Made by a program: the position numbers and the translations under genes
NCBI GenBank assembly: GCA_937902595.1
Contig: CALELH010000620.1
Span: 1 to 43,553, forward strand
Direction of reading: 5' to 3'
Length of the DNA: 43,553 nt
From: an uncultured Myxococcales bacterium
Lineage (GTDB): Bacteria; Myxococcota_A; Bradymonadia; UBA7976; UBA1532
Part shown: positions 27,811 to 37,590 of the stretch, in pieces
Position numbering within the stretch: the first letter of the stretch is position 1
How the letters are laid out: every line of letters begins with the position of its first letter
The notes under the pieces: model-generated
What the model was told of the DNA's origin: nothing
The model's input: the letters and a program-made list of their open reading frames with translations, nothing else
Databases searched by the model: none

Positions 27811-30102
27811 TCATCGCGGGGTCAATTTCACCTTGACCTTGACCGTCGTCTCTTTGCCCCAATCAAGGTTCTCTCTCTTCTCTATGAATCCTTGTTTTCT
27901 AATCAACAACGAGACCCGCCGCTCTTTTCGTTTAATGTTTGGCTTAGTGAGCGGCGTGTCGCCAATATACCGACCGTCGAGATAGACCTCAGCCTCCGGT
28001 GGATCTGAGGTGACCACGAGGGTGCCTTGAGACCTCTGCAGTACGAATTGCCGGCGAACCTCCACCACCCCCTGCTCGTTGGCCATCCCGGCGATGCTCA
28101 AGCTTTCGGTATGGGATCGATACCCGTCCCGTTCAAGCCTCACATCGTGCCGGCCACCCACGGTAAACCCTTCGATTCTAGCAGGGGTCAACTGACTGGA
28201 TCGGTCTCCATCTACAATCACCGTCGCCCCCGGTGGTGACGAGCCGATCACCAAGACAGCGGCGCTCACTGGAGGATCCATGATGATCGGTGCTAATTCG
28301 AGCGCCGCATAGGTGATCAACCCAAGCAGCGCGATGACGGTGACCCCACCTGCGCTAAAGACCTTGGCCTTGAGCCGCTCCCCAATAGACATGTCCGGCT
28401 GACTTTGCCTCGACTGTCTCAGCTTTAGGGGAGACGGGGTGCGCGGTCTGGCCGAAGGCGCAGACCGGTTCTTTTCTGAGACCTCGTTGGCGCTCTGCCT
28501 ACCTTGAGGTCTTGGATGTTCTACCGGGTCTGGCGTCACCTCAGATGTAGACCTGGGCACCGCCGCAGGCACACGGGGGGCACTGTCAGGCGTCAACTCA
28601 GACGTCGAACTGGGCACCGCGGCAGGCACACGTCGGTCACCGCCTGACGTCTGTGGTTGTGGTGGTAGAGAAGGCATATCCGGAGTCGTTTTCAAGTGAA
28701 GATCAGGCTCCGGATCGGCTGTTCTCTTAGGCTCCGCTAGCTCATGGGCAGAGAAGACAGACGTCGGCTCATCGGACGCCCCCATTGAACCTGTGACCTC
28801 TGATGTCACCGACTGAATTGAGTCATTCTGAAACATTGACCCATCCAGAAGCTCGGTGTGCTCACCAGACTCTGCCCAACCGCTCGAAGAGACCGAGCTT
28901 GGCTCTACAATGGCGTTGGTTGACTTCGTCAACTCATCGACGTTGTACATACTGGCCATGGTGACGTCGCCGTCATCATAATCGATGGAGCCAGTCGCTG
29001 GCTGATCGTCTTCCCAATCCTCCACCTCTTGCAGCTCTTCAGCGCCTAGAGCGAAGATCACGCTCTGACCATAGGTTCGGTCGAAGTCTTCGGCTTCCAT
29101 GAGTGGGTCATCTGGAACAAGAGGGCTGGGCACCGTAGGCGGGTCTTCGGGGCTCGCGGCGACCATCGTCGCCTCGGAGCGATCCGTGAAGTTCTCCTGA
29201 AGAAACTGACCCACTCTCTGCTGACTAAAGCTGGGCCAATGACCATACAGGAATGAAGAGAGGGCGGTCTGTAGAGCACCTGCGGATGAAAAGCGGTCGT
29301 CTCGGTCGCGCGCGAGGGCCTTCATCACGATCTCTTCCAAAGCTGGAGGGATATCGGGCCTACGCTCACGAATATTGGGGATGACCGCTCTTCGAACCTT
29401 ATCTAAGAGAACCAGCGCCCGGTCTTCCTTGTAAAGCATCTCCCCAGTGATCATCTCATAGAGGCAGATCCCACAACTGAAGACGTCACTTCGGCCGTCA
29501 AGCGGGTCACCCCAAGCCTGCTCAGGAGACATGTAGAAGAACTTGCCTTTGATGACCCCGCTCTCCGTCTGTTGTCGTCTTTGGTTGGCTTTGGCGATCC
29601 CAAAGTCGACGAGCTTAACTTGGCCATCAAAAGAGAGAAGTACGTTTTGTGGGCTCACATCGCGATGGATCAGATTGAGCGGTCGCCCGTAACGGTCTGT
29701 CTTTGTGTGGGCATACTGAAGCGCCGCGGCCGTCTCCTTGGCGACGAAAGCGATGATATCGAACGGGATCGATACATCATCTTCGGCGCAACGCACTAAG
29801 AGTTGATAGAGGTCGCGACCATCCACAAACTCCATGGCGATGTAGTAGGCGTCATCAATACAACCAAGATCGAATATCTGACCCACATTCACGTGGTTGA
29901 GTTGCACGACGATCTTCGCTTCGTCGATCAGCATATCAATGAACTCTTGGTCTTCCGCGTACTTAGGATGAATGACCTTAAGAGCCAGATATTTTTCGAA
30001 TCCCCCGATCCCTGTGGTCCGCGCGAGGTAGATCTCTGCCATCCCTCCAAGCCCGATCCGCTTGATTAGCTCATACGGACCGAGACGAGAGCCTTCTTGC
30101 AC
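27811..30102 (-). CDS. Membrane Ser/Thr protein kinase with two C-terminal PEGA domains
   Basis: IGLGGMAEIY, LALK, IHRDVSPQN, DFGIAK, GKFFYMSPEQ; TM; SSPPGATVIVDG and SDPPEAEVYLDG (PEGA). Confidence 0.94.
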   Translation of the reverse strand: MQEGSRLGPYELIKRIGLGGMAEIYLARTTGIGGFEKYLALKVIHPKYAEDQEFIDMLIDEAKIVVQLNHVNVGQIFDLGCIDDAYYIAMEFVDGRDLYQLLVRCAEDDVSIPFDIIAFVAKETAAALQYAHTKTDRYGRPLNLIHRDVSPQNVLLSFDGQVKLVDFGIAKANQRRQQTESGVIKGKFFYMSPEQAWGDPLDGRSDVFSCGICLYEMITGEMLYKEDRALVLLDKVRRAVIPNIRERRPDIPPALEEIVMKALARDRDDRFSSAGALQTALSSFLYGHWPSFSQQRVGQFLQENFTDRSEATMVAASPEDPPTVPSPLVPDDPLMEAEDFDRTYGQSVIFALGAEELQEVEDWEDDQPATGSIDYDDGDVTMASMYNVDELTKSTNAIVEPSSVSSSGWAESGEHTELLDGSMFQNDSIQSVTSEVTGSMGASDEPTSVFSAHELAEPKRTADPEPDLHLKTTPDMPSLPPQPQTSGGDRRVPAAVPSSTSELTPDSAPRVPAAVPRSTSEVTPDPVEHPRPQGRQSANEVSEKNRSAPSARPRTPSPLKLRQSRQSQPDMSIGERLKAKVFSAGGVTVIALLGLITYAALELAPIIMDPPVSAAVLVIGSSPPGATVIVDGDRSSQLTPARIEGFTVGGRHDVRLERDGYRSHTESLSIAGMANEQGVVEVRRQFVLQRSQGTLVVTSDPPEAEVYLDGRYIGDTPLTKPNIKRKERRVSLLIRKQGFIEKRENLDWGKETTVKVKVKLTPR
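28528..28632 (-). repeat. Imperfect 57-bp-period duplication in the kinase linker (RVPAAVP[S/R]STSE[L/V]TPD x2)
   Basis: Two copies visible in both DNA and protein. Confidence 0.85.
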
Positions 30103-30390
30103 GCGCTTGCTCGCTTTTGTTACGGGGTGAATTCCTACCTGAGTCTAGCCGGCCTGATAGAATAACAGCAAGCTTAGCGATCCGAAGCACGGGTCCTGTT
30201 CGCCGAGAGGTCCCTCACGGCCTCCGCAAACGACCAATAGATAATCACTTCTGCATCAGAGTTCATCGTACGTCATAGCGACACCTAAAGACTATTTCCA
30301 CGGTGGGGTGGTCGACGTAGAGTTGAGTCTCGTAGTAGATTCCCACACCGGGTTCAGGTTCAAGAACGTCCATAAACCGAGGAGGCCTCG

Positions 30391-33300
30391 ATGACATTCG
30401 ATACCAAGCTACTGAAGACCACGCTGCGCGCAGCCGCGCTGCTGCTTCTCTTCGGCGCTTGCGGTCAATCATCGGGTTGCTCTGGATGTGGTGGAGAAAA
30501 AGAGGCGAGCTTCCCCGATAAGGACCGGGTGCATAGCGCCGCGCAGCTCCGCGTCACTCGCAGCGGATTGACCTTTCTCGAAGAAAACCTAGAGCCGCTG
30601 CTTGCGGCCGCTCTCCCAGAAGGTGGTCTGAACATCTGCTTGCCGGGCGAATCAGGCCGAACAATTGGGATCAATTATGGGTATTGCCACCAAGACATGT
30701 GCGCTGAAGGGGGCCTCGGTTGCCAACTAAACATCGCCATTGGAGGTGTAGATCTCACTGCTGAGGAACCCAACACGATCCGCGCGTTGATCGAGTTCGA
30801 CGCGCTGTCTGCGCGCATTCCGATCGAAGCCAGCCCCATCGCCGAGTGTGCCATCCTCATTGATGGATCCGGTTTCAACGTTGAGTTTCCCTTGACCTTA
30901 CTCACGCCGGAGCCTGAACGCTTTTTGAGCTTCGAGTTGGCGGAGAACCCACAATACCAACTGAGCGATATCGACGTTCGGTTTGAAGGAGAGGGAGGAT
31001 TCCTGGGCTGGATCTGCGACGGCATCAGCCTGGTCGTCAATCTCCCCTTCATCCGAGACCTCATCTTCGACACGATTCAGACATTCGTCGATGGGTTACT
31101 GGCCGACCAGATCCGAGGCTTTGTCGAAGATTTCACCTGTCGGACCTGTGAGAGCGATCGCGCCTGTCCAGGAAACCTCGGCGCGACGTGTAACGATGGG
31201 CGGTGTGAGTTTCCCAATGGCCGCTGCGTCGCCGCCAAACTTGGAATAGATGGTCGGTTAGATGTCGGTGATGTGCTGAGCACCGTGACACCTGGTCTGA
31301 ACGCGGTGGTCGACTATCTCGCCGTCGCAGGAAGCTACGCTGAGGTCGAGAACGGCGGGCTGTCCTTGGGTGTCGTCAGTGGCGCGATCAGTCAGAGAAA
31401 CCGATGTGTGCCCCAGGTCGTTCAACCACAAGTCTTTGAGCCGATGCGGACAGATCTCCTGAGGGGAAACCTCGATCTATTAGAGCGTGATTATCATCTG
31501 GGTATTGGTGTGACCCGTGAGATCGTGGAGCATTTTACCTGGGCATTTTTCAACGCAGGCAGCTTGTGCGTTCAGATTACGAACGCGACGGTTGAGCAGT
31601 TAAACGCTGGAATATTGAGTATTGTGCTCCCAGACCTCGCAAATCTGGCCGGTAATCCAGAGGCCCCGGTCGCCATTGCTCTGGCACCACAAAACCCGCC
31701 AGAGGTCGTGTTCGGCAACAACCAGTTTGAGATGGACGAAGAAGGAAACAGGGTACTGGTCGATCCGGCGCTCCTCATTCGGATCCCTGAGCTCTGGTTG
31801 GATTTCCACGTGTTCATGGAGGATCGCTGGGTGCGCATCTTCAGTCTGCACGCCGACATCGAGCTACCCGTTGGCCTAGACTTCACACCCAACAACGAGA
31901 TCATTCCAATTATTGGAGACCTCTCAGAGGGCCTCACAAATATTCGAACAACGAACAGTCGGATCATGCGTGACAGTCCCGATCTATTGGGCACCCTGCT
32001 ACCCGCCCTCCTTTCAATCTTCGTCGGTGACTTGGTGGGCGGGATCGTTGAGCCGATCGCGCTGCCCGATCTCCTCGGCTTCAGTTTGGACATGCAAGAT
32101 GGATCCATATCTTCCATCGAAGAGGGGGCATTTCTGGCCATCTTCGCCCGCCTCGCACAGGCTGAAGCACCAGCGCCAGACGGCGAGATGGGCGAGATGG
32201 GCGAGATGGGCGAGATGGAGGCTCCTCTGAGCGCGACCGTCGAGACTCGTATCAACGACGTCCTAGTGAACACACCCGACACTCACGAATTTAGAGCCGC
32301 AGGACCCAATACCTGGAAGCGCATCGAGGTGCTTCTCGAGATCGAGGCGGGCGACGGTCGAGCAATCGAGAGTCCAATGGAGGTCTCCTGGAGGGTCGAT
32401 GGGTCCACTTGGAGCCCTTTTCAGCCCGCGGGAAATCTAGTAGCGCGGCATCCCATGTTCTTGCTTCAAGGTCGCCACCAGTTGGAGGCGCGGGCGCGGA
32501 GAGTTGGGGACTATAGAAGCTTAGACGCAACGCCTGACAGCGTTGAGATTATCATCGACTCCATCCCACCAAACCTGACGTTAGAGGCGAAGGACGGTGT
32601 TGTTCATATCACCGTAGACGACATGGTGTCTCCGCGGGGGTCGATGCTCCTAGAGGTGCTCAGAGCGGGCGATCGATGGGAGGAACTCCACGAACCCGTA
32701 GTCGAATGGGACGGAGAGGGTCTACTCGTCATTCGCGCGACGGATGAGGCCGGTAATGAGGTCACGGAGAAACTTGGCGAAGGACGCGCTGCGCTCATCG
32801 GTCGTCCACCGATCGATCAACGAGGTCAGACGGGCTGCGACTGCGACGCGAGCGGCTCCAGCCCAGCAGGTCTTTGGTGGCTCAGCCTCCTCATTTTGGG
32901 ACTAAGACGAAAGAGACGGATGACGAGCGCTCTGCTACTCGTAGTTGCGCTCTCCGTCATCTCGATGGGGTGTGATGACAGCTCAGGTGCGAGTAAAGAT
33001 GGAGATCCCGACGGTGGCGTATCTCCCACCCTTTGTACGGATTCTAGTGAATGTGCTGAGCCCAACGAGGCCTGTCTAAGCGGTCGCTGCGGGCTAGTTG
33101 ATTGCCGAGATGGCTCCGACGTATGCGATCAACTCTCGTGTCCGGACGGATCACCCAGGTGTAATGATCGCGGCCTCTGCGAATGCGAACCTTTCTGCGC
33201 CCAAGGGTGTCCAGAAGGCACCTACTGTTGTCCCGCTGAGGATGCCTGTAGGCCGCTACCTGAGGAGTGTACAGAGCTGCGATGTGACCCGTCTCAGGAG

Positions 33301-34602
33301 CGCCGAGTCGAGTTTGTGGATGAAGGCAACCCCCTGGCGTGCGGGGACGAGATCTTCGAATGTGAGTGTCTCGATCAAGCCCCATTAGCGATTGGAACCA
33401 TCGGTCGATTCAATGACATCGCCGTCGTCGGTGACGTGCTTTGGGTCTCTGCATACTCGGATACATACGGTGATCTGGTCGTCGGTCGGTACAATCAAGC
33501 GACGGGTTTTGAGTGGCAGTGGGTCGATGGCTTACCCGCCGAAGGGATACCCGAAGCAAACCCGACCGGTCCAAGAGGCGGCCTCATCGGCCCAGGTCCT
33601 AATGTTGGACAGTACACAGCCCTCGCCGCAGCAGAGAACGGAACGCTCCACGTCGCTTACTACGATGTTGACAACCGTACCCTCAAATACGCTCGGGGTA
33701 CTCTCGATGGAGACGTACATGTCTGGGTCACAATGACCTTGGACGCTGACGGTGATGCGGGTCGATGGGCTAGCATAAGCCTCAGTGATGATGGGGCACC
33801 CGGGATCGCGTATCGAGTGGCCAGCTTGGAGGGCGTAAGCCAGCTTCGCTACCTACAAGCGGCGAGCTCGACCCCGATGAACTCCGACGAATGGGGTGAG
33901 CCGCTCATCATTCATACCCGCGCGCTGGATGATCCCGATCCCGAGACAGGCGCCTATCCAGAAGGTACGGGACTCTTCACTACGCAAGACCGAGACCCAG
34001 ACGGTCTCGCGGTAGTCGCCTGGTATGATCGAACAGAAGGCTCACTGTGGTGGGCACGAATGAATGACGCTGGTTTTGATGAACCAGAGATGCTCGCCGG
34101 CTGGGGATATCAAGATCCCGACAGAGATGGAGATATGGGCGCCAACGTCGACCTCGTCTTTGATGCGACCGGCGAAGCGCATGTCTGCTATCAAGATGGC
34201 CTCACCGACTCTCTCCGATATTTGGCACCAGGTTTGGACCACGATGAATGGGTCGACGACGGCGTGTGGCTTGACGTCGGCGGGCGAGGACATTCCGTCC
34301 ACATCGTCGGGGATGACTGCAATATGCTCACAGATCTCCAGGGCAGACCGCTCATCGTGTATCAAGACAGCACCATGCAGGCGCTGCTATTGCGTCGCCG
34401 AGACCAAGTGACGCCGGATCTGATCGAAGGATGGGGTAGGCGGCGCGCGCTCCGCGGAGACGGTGGCGCCATCATGGGCGCGTTCGGTTTCTACGCCAGC
34501 GCACGGCGAAGCGGAAACCAGGTCTGGATCGTCCACTTCGTGTATCGAAACCACCTAGAAGAGCCTGAAAATGGGCTAGAGGTGCTCACCGTAGAGCTCT
34601 AA
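30391..34602 (+). CDS. Large surface lipoprotein: BPI/LBP(TULIP)-like region, Ig-like domains, internal MYXO-CTERM-like tag, second lipoprotein signal, Cys-rich region and beta-propeller-like repeats
   Basis: GGAGG RBS; lipobox FGAC; AQLRVTRSGLTFLEEN; LGIGVTREIVEHFTWAFFNAGSLC; IRATDEAGN; GCDC..AGLWWLSLLILGLRRKRR; MTSALLLVVALSVISMGC; repeats of the HVAYYD..LKYA type. Confidence 0.85.
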   Translation: MTFDTKLLKTTLRAAALLLLFGACGQSSGCSGCGGEKEASFPDKDRVHSAAQLRVTRSGLTFLEENLEPLLAAALPEGGLNICLPGESGRTIGINYGYCHQDMCAEGGLGCQLNIAIGGVDLTAEEPNTIRALIEFDALSARIPIEASPIAECAILIDGSGFNVEFPLTLLTPEPERFLSFELAENPQYQLSDIDVRFEGEGGFLGWICDGISLVVNLPFIRDLIFDTIQTFVDGLLADQIRGFVEDFTCRTCESDRACPGNLGATCNDGRCEFPNGRCVAAKLGIDGRLDVGDVLSTVTPGLNAVVDYLAVAGSYAEVENGGLSLGVVSGAISQRNRCVPQVVQPQVFEPMRTDLLRGNLDLLERDYHLGIGVTREIVEHFTWAFFNAGSLCVQITNATVEQLNAGILSIVLPDLANLAGNPEAPVAIALAPQNPPEVVFGNNQFEMDEEGNRVLVDPALLIRIPELWLDFHVFMEDRWVRIFSLHADIELPVGLDFTPNNEIIPIIGDLSEGLTNIRTTNSRIMRDSPDLLGTLLPALLSIFVGDLVGGIVEPIALPDLLGFSLDMQDGSISSIEEGAFLAIFARLAQAEAPAPDGEMGEMGEMGEMEAPLSATVETRINDVLVNTPDTHEFRAAGPNTWKRIEVLLEIEAGDGRAIESPMEVSWRVDGSTWSPFQPAGNLVARHPMFLLQGRHQLEARARRVGDYRSLDATPDSVEIIIDSIPPNLTLEAKDGVVHITVDDMVSPRGSMLLEVLRAGDRWEELHEPVVEWDGEGLLVIRATDEAGNEVTEKLGEGRAALIGRPPIDQRGQTGCDCDASGSSPAGLWWLSLLILGLRRKRRMTSALLLVVALSVISMGCDDSSGASKDGDPDGGVSPTLCTDSSECAEPNEACLSGRCGLVDCRDGSDVCDQLSCPDGSPRCNDRGLCECEPFCAQGCPEGTYCCPAEDACRPLPEECTELRCDPSQERRVEFVDEGNPLACGDEIFECECLDQAPLAIGTIGRFNDIAVVGDVLWVSAYSDTYGDLVVGRYNQATGFEWQWVDGLPAEGIPEANPTGPRGGLIGPGPNVGQYTALAAAENGTLHVAYYDVDNRTLKYARGTLDGDVHVWVTMTLDADGDAGRWASISLSDDGAPGIAYRVASLEGVSQLRYLQAASSTPMNSDEWGEPLIIHTRALDDPDPETGAYPEGTGLFTTQDRDPDGLAVVAWYDRTEGSLWWARMNDAGFDEPEMLAGWGYQDPDRDGDMGANVDLVFDATGEAHVCYQDGLTDSLRYLAPGLDHDEWVDDGVWLDVGGRGHSVHIVGDDCNMLTDLQGRPLIVYQDSTMQALLLRRRDQVTPDLIEGWGRRRALRGDGGAIMGAFGFYASARRSGNQVWIVHFVYRNHLEEPENGLEVLTVEL
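32182..32217 (+). repeat. Perfect 9-bp tandem repeat GGCGAGATG x4 (GEM x4) in an interdomain linker
   Basis: Read directly from the sequence. Confidence 0.95.
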
Positions 34603-36896
34603 CGACGCCTCTTCTTACTTCGTGAACGACGAGGCTTGACCGTCTTATGCCTCGTCTTTTGGCTGAAATAAGGAAGCTTCCCCTTACCTCCATAGAGATA
34701 TTGGTACGTGCCATACGTGGACATCACACGCTTGGTGTAGCCCCTCGCCTCCTCATACGGGATTAACTCAACGAAGAGATCCAGCGGTAGGTGGCCTCTC
34801 TGCTTAAGCCATTGCTTCAGTCGTCCAGCGCCTGCGTTATACCCAGCGGGTATGACCGGTAAGGCCGCGTTCGCTGCAGAGCGAACTCGCGATAGATACT
34901 TGGTGCCAAGGACAACATTGAAATCCGGATCCCTCAGACTCTTACGAGTCGCTCGACGTCCAGTGCCTCGAGCCATGTCACGAGCCGTAGGTAAGATGAG
35001 CTGCATCAACCCTATGGCGTTTGCTGATGACTCTATGCCGGCGTTGAACCCGCTCTCCTCCCGCATGATAGCGCGCGCCAAATCAGGTGGAATCGCGGCG
35101 GCTCGCGATTTCTCTCGAATCAATTGGCCAAAAGGTCGAGGAAACGCGACCGTCCAGGCGTCGCGATTCTTACCGATGGGAGCAGACCGTCGAAACTGAG
35201 TGAGGCGCCTGCGTAAGATGTTGTGACTCAGGGGATAAGCGCCAGCCTCATCTAATAACTCAGCTGCACGCCAGAGGGCCGCCGGTGCCTTTGTCTCCGC
35301 TCTACGTACAACGTCCCAGGCCGGTCGAGAGAGACCAAGTCGCGCGAGCTCCTTCGCTAAGGTCCACATGGAGTCATCACTCTCATAGGTATCCGTAAGA
35401 AAAGAGAGCGCTGCGCCCTTATCCTGCAGCGTCTTCAAACCTGTGGTCAGCCAGCGGTCAGCCCGCGTCCTGCTCTCCTCTCGCAATCGGCTGTACGCCA
35501 AGATCGAATACCAACTCAGAGGATACTCAGTCAGCGCTCGACGATAGTGACGCCGCGCCTCCGCTCGACGACCCAAGACTCGAGCAATACGGCCGCGCCA
35601 ATAGGTGCTCCGTCCGAGTTGGCCATCATGGTGCTTGGGAGGTGAGAGCTTCTCCTCTAAGGCGAGTACCCGATGTGCCCGCTTATATTGCCGCCTCTGA
35701 AAGGCGTTGATCGCGACATAGAAGATCGCGTCGGACATCATGTCTCCTCTTGGATAAAGAGGGACTTTCTCGGTGATGAAGACCTCTGCTGCCTCAACCT
35801 CACCCTTGTCATCGATGAGGTGACGGATGAAATGATAGACCGCATCATCAGCTAAACGATGCTTCGGGTTCTCCCGAAGCTGCGCCTTGAAATGCGCTGC
35901 TGACTCCGCATCAGCCCCTTTGACGTTAGCGGCCTTCGCTGCAAGATGCCGTGCCCAAGGGGCGAGGGCGTGATTGGCCGCAGCACACAGAGTCACCGCC
36001 TCCTCCAAGTAGGGCCGAGCTCGCTCCCACTTCCTTAGTTTTCGCAGACCACGACCAAGGGCATATCGATGACGACACAAACTCTCCTGATCCTTGAAGC
36101 GCCGAGTGAGGGGCATCAGTGTCTCTACAGCCTTCTTGTTTCGATGGGACTTCAAGAGCGCTTCACCCATCTGCAGACGCTGCGAGGGAGTCCGCTGAAG
36201 CCATTGGTCTTTCTGGGAGGCATCTAACTTGAGAACCTCTTTGGCTAATCTACCTCCCAGAGACGCTTGCCCTGACGATGGGTGCTCTATATCCAAAGTC
36301 CTCAAATACTTGATGGCTTCCGGGTAATCTTCTCTTTCGACAGAGACTCGCGCCAGGCCGAGCAGCGCGTTCGCCCTCTCGGAACGACCACCCTCTGCGA
36401 GAGATTTATAGACAGCCTCGGCCTCGGACAGGCGCCCCGCTTCTCTCAGTGTTCGCGCTTTTAAGCGTCGGAAACTCTGACCGAGTCGAGTCGGCTCGAC
36501 GATCGAATCAAGCGCCTCAATGGCCTTGTCGGCTCCACCCAACTCGAGGAACGCCTTCGCCCTCTGTAGCGCCGCAAAGCCTTTGAGGGGGTCCGTGAGT
36601 TTATCCAGATTCTCAAGACACTCTAGAGCCTGCTCTGTTCGGCCGGCCTTGAGCAATGCATAACCCTTTACGAGACGTGCATCTGCGGTTCTTGCGTCAA
36701 TCGCCTCGGCGGCACGTACCCACCTGTTTCTTGAGAGCAACTCTCGAACCAGCGGATCCTTACTGCCGAGCACAGCGAGCCCCGGCTCGGCCGAAGCAGA
36801 CGTAGGGAGCGCAATGCCCATCGTCAGCGCGACACCTAGGGCCATCCTGAGGAACCAATTTAAATTAGATCGAATAATTTTTCCGGACGTTTTCAT
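34599..36896 (-). CDS. Soluble lytic transglycosylase (Slt70-like) with TPR superhelix
   Basis: AIMREESGFN, AIGLMQL, GTKYL, GYNAGAG, ELIPYEEARGYTKRV; TPR-like helices. Start uncertain (36896 chosen; ORF open to 36956). Confidence 0.9.
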   Translation of the reverse strand: MKTSGKIIRSNLNWFLRMALGVALTMGIALPTSASAEPGLAVLGSKDPLVRELLSRNRWVRAAEAIDARTADARLVKGYALLKAGRTEQALECLENLDKLTDPLKGFAALQRAKAFLELGGADKAIEALDSIVEPTRLGQSFRRLKARTLREAGRLSEAEAVYKSLAEGGRSERANALLGLARVSVEREDYPEAIKYLRTLDIEHPSSGQASLGGRLAKEVLKLDASQKDQWLQRTPSQRLQMGEALLKSHRNKKAVETLMPLTRRFKDQESLCRHRYALGRGLRKLRKWERARPYLEEAVTLCAAANHALAPWARHLAAKAANVKGADAESAAHFKAQLRENPKHRLADDAVYHFIRHLIDDKGEVEAAEVFITEKVPLYPRGDMMSDAIFYVAINAFQRRQYKRAHRVLALEEKLSPPKHHDGQLGRSTYWRGRIARVLGRRAEARRHYRRALTEYPLSWYSILAYSRLREESRTRADRWLTTGLKTLQDKGAALSFLTDTYESDDSMWTLAKELARLGLSRPAWDVVRRAETKAPAALWRAAELLDEAGAYPLSHNILRRRLTQFRRSAPIGKNRDAWTVAFPRPFGQLIREKSRAAAIPPDLARAIMREESGFNAGIESSANAIGLMQLILPTARDMARGTGRRATRKSLRDPDFNVVLGTKYLSRVRSAANAALPVIPAGYNAGAGRLKQWLKQRGHLPLDLFVELIPYEEARGYTKRVMSTYGTYQYLYGGKGKLPYFSQKTRHKTVKPRRSRSKKRRR

Positions 36897-36949
36897 TGAT
36901 GAATTACGGCTGCTTAACTCGGACTTATGGAAAATAGGCGATAACATGG

Positions 36950-36978
36950 GGAACACAACTTACCTGAATGGTGTCCAA
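36950..36978 (+). promoter_or_regulatory. Possible ECF-type (autoregulatory) promoter
   Basis: GGAAC-18 nt-GTCCAA upstream of the ECF sigma gene; spacer is one base longer than the usual sigmaE-type spacing. Confidence 0.35.
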
Positions 36979-37008
36979 GGTACGAGGGTCCGAAGGAGTC
37001 GAATCGCG

Positions 37009-37590
37009 ATGGAGGAACGCCAGCTGGTCAAACGGCTGAAGCAACGGAATGAGGCGGCCTTTACTCATCTGGTGCGTCTCCACAAGGTACGAATCTATAA
37101 CGTATGCCTTCGAATGATGTCTAACCGCGCTGAGGCCGAAGATATTGCACAAGATGTTTTTGTCCGCGCATTTATGTCCATTGCCTCGTTCCGTGGTGAC
37201 TCAGCCCTCAACACATGGCTGTACAGAATCGCGATTAATCTCTGCAAGAATCGCCTAAAATACCACGCCCGACGTAAAGCGAAGGTCCACACGAGCTTGG
37301 AGCCAATTCATGAGCGTGAGACAGCTGCGATAAACTCTACGGTGGGGGAGCCTGTTGCCAGGCCCGACCTCGTACTCGAGGGAAACGAAGCCCAGCAGCG
37401 AGTACAACGAGCCCTCGCCTCCATTGATGACAGTTTTAGGGAATTGTTAATCTTGAGAGACATTCAAGGACTCTCGTACATCCAAATAATGGAGATTACA
37501 CGATTGCCCGAGGGGACCGTCAAGTCCCGCCTGCACCGCGCTCGAGGCGCCCTGCGGCGTGCTTTTGACGAACAGGAAGAAATGGAATGA
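37009..37590 (+). CDS. ECF sigma-70 factor (RpoE/SigW-like)
   Basis: AEDIAQDVF, FRGDSALNTWLYRIAIN, GLSYIQI, GTVKSRLHRAR; AAGGAG RBS before the ATG at 37009. Confidence 0.93.
   Translation: MEERQLVKRLKQRNEAAFTHLVRLHKVRIYNVCLRMMSNRAEAEDIAQDVFVRAFMSIASFRGDSALNTWLYRIAINLCKNRLKYHARRKAKVHTSLEPIHERETAAINSTVGEPVARPDLVLEGNEAQQRVQRALASIDDSFRELLILRDIQGLSYIQIMEITRLPEGTVKSRLHRARGALRRAFDEQEEME

Noticed and set aside
30103-30390. Long intergenic region with possible stem CGGTGGG..CCCACACCG (30301-30350)
   Set aside because: Pairing is weak and matches no riboswitch or ncRNA I can recognise; an Rfam or covariation search would be needed.
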